Positions 15,746 through 24,232 of a DNA stretch of 64,000 nucleotides are shown in pieces. Below the pieces are notes generated by a model, which saw only the letters and a list, made by a program, of their open reading frames with translations, was not told the origin of the DNA and ran no database searches. The DNA is taken from the sequence record MH791413.1; one strand, 5' to 3'. How positions within the stretch are numbered: position 1 is the first letter of the stretch; each line of letters opens with the position of its first letter. The DNA is from Escherichia phage EcSzw_1. The translations under genes were made by a program, and so were the position numbers.

Positions 15746-17572
15746 TTAAAGCTGTCTGTCAATAACATTTCGTACATCACGAAGGTTAACGTAGCCATAT
15801 GGCTGAGAGTCGCAGAATACCAGCTTCAGAGCACACTGAGGGTTATCCAGTACACTTTCAAACTCTGCAAAACCAAAGCCATCCACAGCTTCCAGCTTAT
15901 CACCATCCCACATAGGGACTACACCACCAAAAGCAGACTTCTTAAGACCACTGTCAGTTTTAGGGTCTTTTGCCAGCATGATTTCTTCACCATCCATCTG
16001 TGCAAGAGTTGCTTTAACAGCAAATGCAAAGGTATCACGAGTCATGTACTGGTAAGTGTATGAACCAACACCGAAGACAACGTTAGAACTTGCAAAGCCC
16101 TTTTCAGCAAGACGGCTAAGAATCTCTTCAGCACGTTCCAGAGTGATAGAATCACCGTAGATTAAACCAATGTGTTCATCAAGAACTTTGTAGCCTTTAG
16201 AGTTTACAGCGCCACCAAAAATGTTGTACAGAGTCTTGATAGCACCATCAATTTCTGCTGTCAGCATTGGTTTAACAACAACTTGACCAGTCTTGTAAGT
16301 ATCTTTCAGGTTAACTGTATCAGCAACGTTAAAGTCTTCTGCATCAACAACCAACTCATAACCTTCAGAGATTAGCCAAGCAGAGAAGCCATAGCCCATA
16401 TCTGACATGTTGCAATTAAGGATTGCATCAAGCAGATAAGTATTGTTAGGAGAAATGGTTGACATGTGTTTGTAATACATGCTCTTAGCATTTTCCCATT
16501 CAATTGCACGATAGCCAGTAACAATGTGTACAGGGTCACCGGAATCTGGACGGATTACCAGTTTACCATCACGTTTCAGGATTACTTCACGGAGTTCTGG
16601 AAGAATCTCTGTAACTGTACGCCAGAAGTTGTAAGTATCGGACACAACACTTGCAATACCAGTTGGGTAAACATCTACCAGCAGGTGTTCAAATGTTTTA
16701 ACCTCACCACGCCAGCGTTTAGCATCCAGCAAACTATCAGACTGCATGATGTACTGTGAGTGAATGTCATCTTCTGTCAGGTCTTTCATATTCCATGAAA
16801 TGTTTGCACACATCACAGAGTGTTCAGTTGCTGGAACAGAGTTACCAATATCACTTACAGTCATGAACTGACCATATGCACGTTTAGCAGTATACACAGC
16901 AGGGAAGCTATCAGTACCTTTAAAGCTTGTCAGGTGACCTACAGCATTGAAAGCATCATCTGTGAATCCAGACATACCACGCATTGCAAAGTCGTGACAC
17001 TGCCAAGGAAGATGGAAGTCATTGTCACAGGTCTTATCAGACCAAGATTTACAGATACGTTTGTAATGCAGTGCAATAGTTGCAATGGTACAAGCTTTCC
17101 AGATTTCAGCAGAGAAAGCATCTTCCAGATAACCAGCTACCCAATGGAAGCCCTCAACGGTATTTTTGAAGATAATCATTGGAACACGCATAGGAACGAT
17201 TGTGCCTTCTTCAACAGAGTACACTGCAACTGGCAGATAGCCTAAGTCGTGAAGTTCTTCCCAATGATGACGCTTGATAGCATCTGCACCGAGAACACCA
17301 TTCATGATTTCCAAGATNTCATCAACAGCTTCTTTCTTATCACGTTCGAAGAAAGTTGCATTCCAATGGTCTACTAAGTAATCTTTAACGAAACGTTGGA
17401 TACCAAAAGCAACTACACCGTCAGTCTCCAAAGGAGTGTTAAACCACTTATTACCACGAGGTGTAAGGTTCAGCATCAGGTGCTGAGTTGTACTTGGGTA
17501 CTGGTAGATGTGACCAGCTTTGTAAGCATCTGCGTTAAGACCTGCTGGAACTGCATAGATTGATTTAGACAT
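15746..17572 (-). CDS. Nicotinamide phosphoribosyltransferase family protein (NadV/NAMPT-like; candidate Namat of NARP1)
   Basis: 608 aa; N-terminal NADAYKAGH resembles the NAMPT DSYK-x-x-H signature; adjacent to PRPP-synthetase-family gene; N at 17318 gives one X. Confidence 0.7.
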   Translation of the reverse strand: MSKSIYAVPAGLNADAYKAGHIYQYPSTTQHLMLNLTPRGNKWFNTPLETDGVVAFGIQRFVKDYLVDHWNATFFERDKKEAVDXILEIMNGVLGADAIKRHHWEELHDLGYLPVAVYSVEEGTIVPMRVPMIIFKNTVEGFHWVAGYLEDAFSAEIWKACTIATIALHYKRICKSWSDKTCDNDFHLPWQCHDFAMRGMSGFTDDAFNAVGHLTSFKGTDSFPAVYTAKRAYGQFMTVSDIGNSVPATEHSVMCANISWNMKDLTEDDIHSQYIMQSDSLLDAKRWRGEVKTFEHLLVDVYPTGIASVVSDTYNFWRTVTEILPELREVILKRDGKLVIRPDSGDPVHIVTGYRAIEWENAKSMYYKHMSTISPNNTYLLDAILNCNMSDMGYGFSAWLISEGYELVVDAEDFNVADTVNLKDTYKTGQVVVKPMLTAEIDGAIKTLYNIFGGAVNSKGYKVLDEHIGLIYGDSITLERAEEILSRLAEKGFASSNVVFGVGSYTYQYMTRDTFAFAVKATLAQMDGEEIMLAKDPKTDSGLKKSAFGGVVPMWDGDKLEAVDGFGFAEFESVLDNPQCALKLVFCDSQPYGYVNLRDVRNVIDRQL

Positions 17573-17592
17573 GTTTTAATCTCTCTCAAAGT

Positions 17593-17608
17593 GGGGCTTT
17601 GCAGCCCC
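17593..17608 (-). other. Intergenic GNRA-tetraloop hairpin between Prs-like and NAMPT-like genes
   Basis: GGGGCT-TTGC-AGCCCC; no U-tract on the minus strand, so not a clear terminator. Confidence 0.4.
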
Positions 17609-17617
17609 TGATTAATT

Positions 17618-18499
17618 TTAGTAAATGTTTGCTACAGTTACTTGACCGAAATGAGTCAGACCACGGTCTTTTGCACTACCTAAAGAGTCTGTAGTGTAGA
17701 TGTGTGAAATCCCATTGTCAAGCAGGTTTTCAACACCTTTTGAGAAAATACCATGTGTTACATACAGTTCAACTTTAGCTGCTCCAGCTTCACGAAGATA
17801 CTTGGCTGCTTCAATGAATGTACGACCACCATCACAGATATCATCAATGATGAGTACAGTTTTACCAGTCAGGTCTACATCATCCAGTAGACGCATACCT
17901 GTAATCTCACCAGTCTTCAGGTCTCGAACCTTAGCCATTGTAACGTAAGGCTTATCAACCTCTTTAGCCGTCTCTGCAATCTTCTTAGCTGCTCCTGCAT
18001 CTGGTGCTACCAAGAAATCAATGGTAGGCTCACTGGCATAGTGTGCTGCAACATCTTTTTGATGGATGTTCTGGAAGCATTTGAACAGGTTATCTGCAAC
18101 GTCACTGTGGGCGTCTAGAGCACATACTGCATCAAAACCCATTGCATTGACCAGATTAGCAAACACCTTTAGTGCTGCTGCATCACCTTTAAATATGTGA
18201 CGGTCATAGCGAGCATTTGGCAGATAAGCAAAGATGACAGTTTTCATAGTTGCTTGCTGAGGAATCATTTTGTCGATTGCCTCTTTTGCCAGAGCTAAAG
18301 CAAACAATGTGTCTTTGTCATAACCCTGTACAGTGAAGATGACGTTCTCAATCTGGGAAGCATTCTCTTCAGCATAGATTACTAAGTCTTCAGAGAAGTT
18401 ACCACCAATTTCTCCAGACGGGAACTGGATAATGTTGAACTCTTCTTGGTGAGCACCTTTTTTCTGTGAGTGCAACAGTACGCTAATAATAGTTTTCAT
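17618..18499 (-). CDS. Ribose-phosphate pyrophosphokinase family protein (Prs-like; candidate Adps of NARP1)
   Basis: PRPP-binding loop VLIIDDICDGGRT; 293 aa. Confidence 0.75.
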   Translation of the reverse strand: MKTIISVLLHSQKKGAHQEEFNIIQFPSGEIGGNFSEDLVIYAEENASQIENVIFTVQGYDKDTLFALALAKEAIDKMIPQQATMKTVIFAYLPNARYDRHIFKGDAAALKVFANLVNAMGFDAVCALDAHSDVADNLFKCFQNIHQKDVAAHYASEPTIDFLVAPDAGAAKKIAETAKEVDKPYVTMAKVRDLKTGEITGMRLLDDVDLTGKTVLIIDDICDGGRTFIEAAKYLREAGAAKVELYVTHGIFSKGVENLLDNGISHIYTTDSLGSAKDRGLTHFGQVTVANIY

Positions 18500-18511
18500 C
18501 TTTAATCTCTC

Positions 18512-18862
18512 TCAATCAAAAGTTACAAAGGTTACAGCCATAGCTGTTTTGCATTTTTGTGGATTCACAATGTGATAGATTACTGAACAGTTATCTGTTC
18601 CATCTGGGACTGGTTTTGTCCAAGTGCGTTCAACATTTGGTTCACCGAGTTCTTTGTAGAATCCATTTGTGTGATGGTCAATCATCTCAAGTGCTAATGA
18701 GTCTGGTACATGACCACGAATCATATACATCTCACAACCATTGCCAGCATCACTTACAAGGTCTTTTATTTCCCAATCTGCTCTAGCCACGATAAGTTGC
18801 CTTATAAACAGTTTCGAATTTCGACAAGAGAGATATTGCCAGAACTGCATATTCTCTGTCAA
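18512..18862 (-). CDS. Hypothetical protein (116 aa)
   Basis: ORF in track; overlaps 3' end of the HNH gene, start may be further downstream. Confidence 0.35.
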   Translation of the reverse strand: MTENMQFWQYLSCRNSKLFIRQLIVARADWEIKDLVSDAGNGCEMYMIRGHVPDSLALEMIDHHTNGFYKELGEPNVERTWTKPVPDGTDNCSVIYHIVNPQKCKTAMAVTFVTFD

Positions 18863-19298
18863 GCATTGGTGGCATATTATTTTTTAGATACTCTTTTTGT
18901 TCTTCGTAAGTCATCTTTGGAGTATCTAAAACCTTCTCACCTTGCTTCTGGTTATCAATCTTAGTTTGGATAAACCAGTTTGCACAGTGGTGTTCACCAC
19001 CTTTTGTGACTGGCTTGTGATGGCCTAATGTAAAGGCTTGCTTGCCAGAATAACGACAAAGCTTGTTAAGAGTTGCAATAGTGTTCTTGACAACACAGTA
19101 TTCATAAAGGTTGTCAATTGTATAGTGAGGGTAGTATGCAAAGAGGGAACTGTCACGGAACTTCCCACGATTCCAGAGAACCATGTGATTAGAGTTGGAA
19201 GGGTCATACTGATGGGAATCAATAAACTCTTGACGTTCATCAAAGTCAAGTCTAAGAACAGACATTGCAGCAGCACGTTTCAAGTTAGGTAAGTACAT
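18783..19298 (-). CDS. HNH endonuclease (putative homing endonuclease)
   Basis: HNH-like motif GHHKPVTKGGEHHCANW. Confidence 0.5.
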   Translation of the reverse strand: MYLPNLKRAAAMSVLRLDFDERQEFIDSHQYDPSNSNHMVLWNRGKFRDSSLFAYYPHYTIDNLYEYCVVKNTIATLNKLCRYSGKQAFTLGHHKPVTKGGEHHCANWFIQTKIDNQKQGEKVLDTPKMTYEEQKEYLKNNMPPMLDREYAVLAISLLSKFETVYKATYRG

Positions 19299-19350
19299 TT
19301 TCTCTCCAAAATAAAAAGGGAACCTTTTACAGTTCCCTAATCATAACGAA

Positions 19351-19662
19351 TTATTGAAGCTCTTTCAAGACTCTTACAAAATCTTCTTGGCTTACATCCG
19401 TCTTAAGTGATTCAGACGGTTTGACAAGGTTGTTTGTACACACAATCTTCTTGTGTTTTTTGTCATAAGTCAGCTTCAGTTGGTGCAATTCTTTATTGGA
19501 TTCACTCTGTGAGTTATACATCTCAACAGCCTTTTTGAATGGTGTATACTCACCACCAAAAGCTAAAAATCCTGTACCACAATAATGTGCGTTATGTTTG
19601 TCATACATGAACTGGCAAAGCATTAAAATCTGAAGCTTACGAGTGTTATAAATCTTGCTCAT
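19351..19662 (-). CDS. Hypothetical protein (103 aa)
   Basis: ORF in track. Confidence 0.45.
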   Translation of the reverse strand: MSKIYNTRKLQILMLCQFMYDKHNAHYCGTGFLAFGGEYTPFKKAVEMYNSQSESNKELHQLKLTYDKKHKKIVCTNNLVKPSESLKTDVSQEDFVRVLKELQ

Positions 19663-19673
19663 GACAATTTTCC

Positions 19674-19931
19674 TTATTTGTTACGTTTACGGTTACGTGC
19701 TTTCTTAGCTGCACGTTTAATAGCTGCTGCACCAGTCTGACGATGGGCTTGTTTCTTACCACCTTTGCCACGACCTACATAGATGTATGGCTGTGCAAGA
19801 GTCTGTGCATTGATGCTGTCAGTGACAGTTTTGATATCAATTCCTGCATCTTTACCAGTTGTTGCAATCACTGCTGCAACCTTTGCCAGAGCCGCTAACA
19901 TACGGCTTTTCATTCCACTAAAAATTCCCAT
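19674..19931 (-). CDS. Hypothetical basic protein (85 aa)
   Basis: Lys/Arg-rich C-terminus KRAAKKARNRKRNK. Confidence 0.4.
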   Translation of the reverse strand: MGIFSGMKSRMLAALAKVAAVIATTGKDAGIDIKTVTDSINAQTLAQPYIYVGRGKGGKKQAHRQTGAAAIKRAAKKARNRKRNK

Positions 19932-19946
19932 TTTAATCTCTCTCTT

Positions 19947-20264
19947 TTAAAGTTTGATGCAGAACTGTGTAAGTTCTTCTTCTGTAATTCCGACAACAGA
20001 ACCACCGACAACAAGGTTTGTAATGTAGAAATTGGAGTTGTGACCTTTGAATTTAACTTTAAAGGTTCCAGCTTTTTCAATTTCTGCCAGAGCACTAAGA
20101 CCTGTACTACCAAACAGAGACTGAGTGTAGTCTTTCCAGTCTTCCAGTTTGTCTTGATTAACTTTATATTGACCAAGAACAGACATGTTGCAACCAATTA
20201 CTAAAAACTCACCTCTGCGAAAGCCATTACTCAGCTCTCCATTGACAATCACCTTGCCACCCAT
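19947..20264 (-). CDS. Hypothetical protein (about 105 aa; start set to SD-preceded ATG)
   Basis: ATG at 20262-20264 preceded by GGAG; longer track ORF overlaps nrdG. Confidence 0.35.
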   Translation of the reverse strand: MGGKVIVNGELSNGFRRGEFLVIGCNMSVLGQYKVNQDKLEDWKDYTQSLFGSTGLSALAEIEKAGTFKVKFKGHNSNFYITNLVVGGSVVGITEEELTQFCIKL

Positions 20265-20712
20265 ATTCTTTTCTCCAAAGGTTTTGGTTATCAGAACCAC
20301 GATACGGTTTGTTCGTTGGTTTAGAAGCATCATACTTACCATCAATCACCACGTCAATATATTTCATCACTTCATGGTGAATTTTTTGGTGAAGCTGGAA
20401 ACCTGTCCAAAGCCAGATAGATTTCTCTGGGTAATGTTCTTTGACAGTTTTGCAGATATACGCTACAGTGTCAATGTTTCGTTCTTCTAAAGGTTCTCCA
20501 CCTAACACTGACAAACCTTCTATACCTTCATCTTTCAACATAGCTAAGATATCAGCCATATCAAAATCAGTAAACTCTTTACCTGCATTGAATTTCCAAG
20601 ATTCTTTGTTGAAGCAACCTTCACAGTGATGCTTGCAACCAGCCACAAAGATACTTACACGAGCACCTTCGCCATTAGCTGTATCAAATCCTCGAATTTC
20701 CATAAAATTCAT
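20227..20712 (-). CDS. nrdG: Anaerobic ribonucleotide reductase activating protein (radical SAM)
   Basis: Cys cluster GCKHHCEGCFN near the N-terminus; located next to nrdD. Confidence 0.7.
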   Translation of the reverse strand: MNFMEIRGFDTANGEGARVSIFVAGCKHHCEGCFNKESWKFNAGKEFTDFDMADILAMLKDEGIEGLSVLGGEPLEERNIDTVAYICKTVKEHYPEKSIWLWTGFQLHQKIHHEVMKYIDVVIDGKYDASKPTNKPYRGSDNQNLWRKEYGWQGDCQWRAE

Positions 20713-21107
20713 TCTCCTACCTCCACTTCAATCTTCTCGTAAGACATAACATATTCTGGACAGTGTTTATAAATGAAATCTTGCAAGATTTTACTATCTT
20801 GTGCAGCAGTCATCAAGGCCACGTACTTAGGATTCATCTTCTGGATGTAGCTGTAGAACGAGATATCACCAATCTCAGTTCCCCAATCATCAGTCCAAGT
20901 TCCTGTGATGATAATGATTTTATCAAGTAACCAATCAGGGACTACTAAGTTTTCATCCTCTTTGATTGAGTCAATGAGTTCTTGAGTGATGGTTAACTCA
21001 CTGGTGATGTAAAAGCTTGAACCACGACGATGCTCTTTCTCACACTTTCCATCATCTAACGTGCATTCTTTCAGCACTTCCATTAACGCTTTGGAGATTT
21101 TAAACAT
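20709..21107 (-). CDS. Hypothetical protein (132 aa)
   Basis: ORF in track. Confidence 0.45.
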   Translation of the reverse strand: MFKISKALMEVLKECTLDDGKCEKEHRRGSSFYITSELTITQELIDSIKEDENLVVPDWLLDKIIIITGTWTDDWGTEIGDISFYSYIQKMNPKYVALMTAAQDSKILQDFIYKHCPEYVMSYEKIEVEVGE

Positions 21108-21198
21108 TTTAACTTGCCTCTTAAGTCACAATAAAGGAGTCCTAGAAAGAACCCTAGTAAGACAGAACCAATGAACATACCTAGGATATTGATTAACA

Positions 21199-21552
21199 TC
21201 AGTTCCACCATATAGTTTTCTGATTATCACACTGATACAGATGTTCTGTACTTGTTTGTGGTACAAGAATTGTAGTATTCCCGCTTACCACGCTGATAAA
21301 GTACGTTACCTCACGAGTCTCCTGGGTCTTAACACAGTGATTCTCCTCCATCCATATAGATGTTTTATAAGAGAAGTACACAGCTAAAGATACTAACATA
21401 ACTATAACGAAAGCACCGAATCTGATAAAGAACTCAGGCCAGAAGTCATAGCTCCCAAAAGATGTATACAGGTGTGTAATGTAGAAGATAACAACTACTG
21501 CCAAAACGCAGACTAAAGCAAAAAGCCATATTGACATTTTGGTTTGCTCCAA
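21199..21552 (-). CDS. Hypothetical membrane protein (117 aa)
   Basis: Several hydrophobic helices (IWLFALVCVLAVVVIFYI; FGAFVIVMLVSLAVYF). Confidence 0.45.
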   Translation of the reverse strand: MEQTKMSIWLFALVCVLAVVVIFYITHLYTSFGSYDFWPEFFIRFGAFVIVMLVSLAVYFSYKTSIWMEENHCVKTQETREVTYFISVVSGNTTILVPQTSTEHLYQCDNQKTIWWN

Positions 21553-21602
21553 TAAAAAAGGTGATGCAAGCCTATCAAGACCTACACCACCTTGTCAACT
21601 AT

Positions 21603-23744
21603 TTACATAGATTTTCTGTCACGAATTTCAGCAATCTTCGCATCATTCATTCTTGAAGTTCCCTTGATTTTTGTCCACCCAAGGTAACCACAAACACGGT
21701 TAATGACTGAGATATCATGTGAATGGCACTTAGGACACTCTTCGACGTCTGCATTAGGACGATGACCACAATTCTCACAGATTGCTAAGTCAAAGTTAAC
21801 ACCTTGGTAGAATCCTTTCCCCATACCTCTTGAGACACAAGCCCTGATAGCTTTATGGTTCTCTGGGTTAGCCAGACGTACATACTGGATATGCCCACCA
21901 TTACAGCTATGGAACAGAGGTTCTTCCAAGTCTTGCTTCTGATACGGAGTAATATCTGCTGCAACGTTCATATGGAAGCTGTTAGTGAAGTATTCTTTAT
22001 CAGAAACATCTTTCACAACACCGAACATATTACGGAACTGCTTCAATTGCGTACCACAAAGGCTCTCAGCAGGTGTACCGTAAAGGGCATACAAGAAGCC
22101 ATCTTGCTCTTTAAAGTACGCCAGACGGTCATTCAGGTAGTCCAGAACTTGCTGTGCAATCACTTTCTGAGACTCATGCAGTCTACCTTCTCCAGCCAGC
22201 ACAGAGAGTTCATCAAGTGCAGTTACACCGAAAGAAGCTGTGAAGGATTTCACGGTATCCCAACCAATCTTGTCAGTTGGCTTCTTATCTCCTTTGTACA
22301 GGCCACCTTGTGTAAAGGCCAGAGGGTTTGAACTTGCTGGCATGTTAGCAATCATCTCATAGCGTTTTTTGTGGAAGCTACGAATCATTTCAAGGTATTT
22401 ATCAAGCTCTTTCCAGAAGTCTAAACCGTTCTCTTTAGCATACTGGTAAATCATTGGCAAGTTCAAAGATACTGCACCAATATTTGCACGACCAACGTAG
22501 AACTCTTCCCCATTTTCATCATAGTATGGAGATAGGAAAGCTCGACAACCCATCGGTGAAATCACCTTACCAGAACGTTCAAAAGCTTCTGCGACAGCAC
22601 CATGACCGGATACACTCAAGAAGTCTGGGTACATTGCTTTAGAGCAACACTCAATAGCTTTATTGTACAGTTGGCCTTGACAGATATCTTCGCTGTGTCT
22701 TGTATGGTCATGGATGTAAACCAGTTTAGGGAACACAACAGGTTTCTTGTTCTTACCTTGACCATTCATACGAACATCAAGAATAGTGTTTGCAATCATA
22801 TACTGAAGACGGTTATCTTCATCAGCCATATCTGAACCAAGTAAACCAAATGTTAGAGTTGTGAATGCAAAGTCACCACGGCTGCAAGGTACAGTATTCA
22901 GCTTCATCTCCAGTGACTGAAAACCTTGAGTTAGTTCAATCTGTAGCTGTTCCATTACATAATTGTAGTAATGTTCTTTTGGAATCCCATAAGAAGTTGC
23001 TTTCTCAGCATGGTAGCGTAAAGACTTCTTAGCATACGGTACGAGAACCTTATCAATCTCTGGGATTGTGAAGCCACCAAATTGCTGTGCAGTTGCTGAT
23101 AACACAACATCACCAATAACCTGTAAAGCTGACAGAACAGACTTAGGTTCACAGTATTCAATACCGGACATTTCAAAGCCACCTTTCAGGACTTTACCAA
23201 TGTCAAATAGGCAACAGTTAATACCACCAAATACCAAATCTCTCAGGTCGTGAATGTAGATGAAACCTGCTTCAATAGCTTCAAGTTCTTCTGGTGTCAA
23301 GTGATACTGCTTAAAGATTTCTTTAGTCAGGTATCCACGAATGATAGAACCTTTTGTAGAGATTAAGCTACTGTCAAAGTTAGCATTCTCACGGTCACCT
23401 AAGAAGAGGGTATCTTTGGTCTTCTGATAGAGTTCATCCCAATTCTGTGCAACCTCTTTACGATAGTTACGATAGGTTGAATAAGATTCATAAATCTCGT
23501 GATTAACTTCTGCTAAAGCCCCTTCAACAATGCTGTGAATGTCATCTACAGAAATCAGCAAAGCATTCTGGTTAGAAGCCTTTACAAGAATCCGCATAAA
23601 AGCTGACTCAAGAGCATGAACAACTTCTAATGGGAGTTCTTTATAGCCAACTCGGTTAGCTGACTTTGTAACTGCTGCTAGGACTTTCTTAATATCTGGT
23701 TCTTCAAGTGAGCCATTCTTTTTAATAATTTGTACTTTGACCAT
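21603..23744 (-). CDS. nrdD: Anaerobic ribonucleoside-triphosphate reductase (class III)
   Basis: C-terminal glycyl-radical motif RVCGYLG plus Cys-rich zinc site CENCGH … CPKCH; N-terminal ATP-cone; start moved from track to ATG at 23742-23744. Confidence 0.85.
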   Translation of the reverse strand: MVKVQIIKKNGSLEEPDIKKVLAAVTKSANRVGYKELPLEVVHALESAFMRILVKASNQNALLISVDDIHSIVEGALAEVNHEIYESYSTYRNYRKEVAQNWDELYQKTKDTLFLGDRENANFDSSLISTKGSIIRGYLTKEIFKQYHLTPEELEAIEAGFIYIHDLRDLVFGGINCCLFDIGKVLKGGFEMSGIEYCEPKSVLSALQVIGDVVLSATAQQFGGFTIPEIDKVLVPYAKKSLRYHAEKATSYGIPKEHYYNYVMEQLQIELTQGFQSLEMKLNTVPCSRGDFAFTTLTFGLLGSDMADEDNRLQYMIANTILDVRMNGQGKNKKPVVFPKLVYIHDHTRHSEDICQGQLYNKAIECCSKAMYPDFLSVSGHGAVAEAFERSGKVISPMGCRAFLSPYYDENGEEFYVGRANIGAVSLNLPMIYQYAKENGLDFWKELDKYLEMIRSFHKKRYEMIANMPASSNPLAFTQGGLYKGDKKPTDKIGWDTVKSFTASFGVTALDELSVLAGEGRLHESQKVIAQQVLDYLNDRLAYFKEQDGFLYALYGTPAESLCGTQLKQFRNMFGVVKDVSDKEYFTNSFHMNVAADITPYQKQDLEEPLFHSCNGGHIQYVRLANPENHKAIRACVSRGMGKGFYQGVNFDLAICENCGHRPNADVEECPKCHSHDISVINRVCGYLGWTKIKGTSRMNDAKIAEIRDRKSM

Positions 23745-23761
23745 TTGTGCTCCTTTATATA

Positions 23762-23785
23762 CGAAAAAGGTCTCCGAAGAGACCC
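23762..23785 (-). terminator. Rho-independent terminator upstream of nrdD
   Basis: GGTCTC-CGAA-GAGACC at 23769-23784 with A-tract on plus. Confidence 0.5.
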
Positions 23786-23790
23786 TTATA

Positions 23791-23997
23791 TTAATTCTTT
23801 TTGAAAATCTTCTCAACAAACTTTTTGAGTTTGCTGCTAATGTCAAGATGGATTTCTAGAATCTCAAAGATTACCCATACTAGCATAGCACCAAACAAAG
23901 CACCTTGTTTGATATCAATAAACAGGTTCACAAAGAAGAAACCTAAGACAATCATCGGTGCATCAACTGTGAAACCTTCCCACAAACGCTTAAGCAT
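23791..23997 (-). CDS. Small membrane protein (68 aa)
   Basis: Two hydrophobic segments (MIVLGFFFVNLFI; LFGAMLVWVIFEIL). Confidence 0.4.
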   Translation of the reverse strand: MLKRLWEGFTVDAPMIVLGFFFVNLFIDIKQGALFGAMLVWVIFEILEIHLDISSKLKKFVEKIFKKN

Positions 23998-24232
23998 TGT
24001 TCACCTCTGCCATAAAGTTTTGTAGTGTTCCAACCGGAGTCAGAACATTGCCATCAGTCTTCATGATGAATGGCATCTGACGAACTGGCATCTGTGCAAT
24101 ATCCATCAGTCCTGTCAGTTCATAGTCCTGTCCTAACATTCTTACAACGTGGTCAATACCACGAGCCTTTGCAAAGTTCTTTGCAGTTTCACACTGAGGG
24201 CAACCAGTTTTGGAGTAAATTACGTAAGTCAT
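23990..24232 (-). CDS. Glutaredoxin/NrdH-like redoxin
   Basis: CPQC active-site motif at residues 11-14; 80 aa; between nrdD and nrdB. Confidence 0.6.
   Translation of the reverse strand: MTYVIYSKTGCPQCETAKNFAKARGIDHVVRMLGQDYELTGLMDIAQMPVRQMPFIMKTDGNVLTPVGTLQNFMAEVNNA

Noticed and set aside
16820-17245. 141-aa plus-strand ORF
   Set aside because: Antisense inside the NAMPT-like gene, which has a strong family motif; shadow ORF.
21855-22331. 158-aa plus-strand ORF
   Set aside because: Antisense inside nrdD; shadow ORF.
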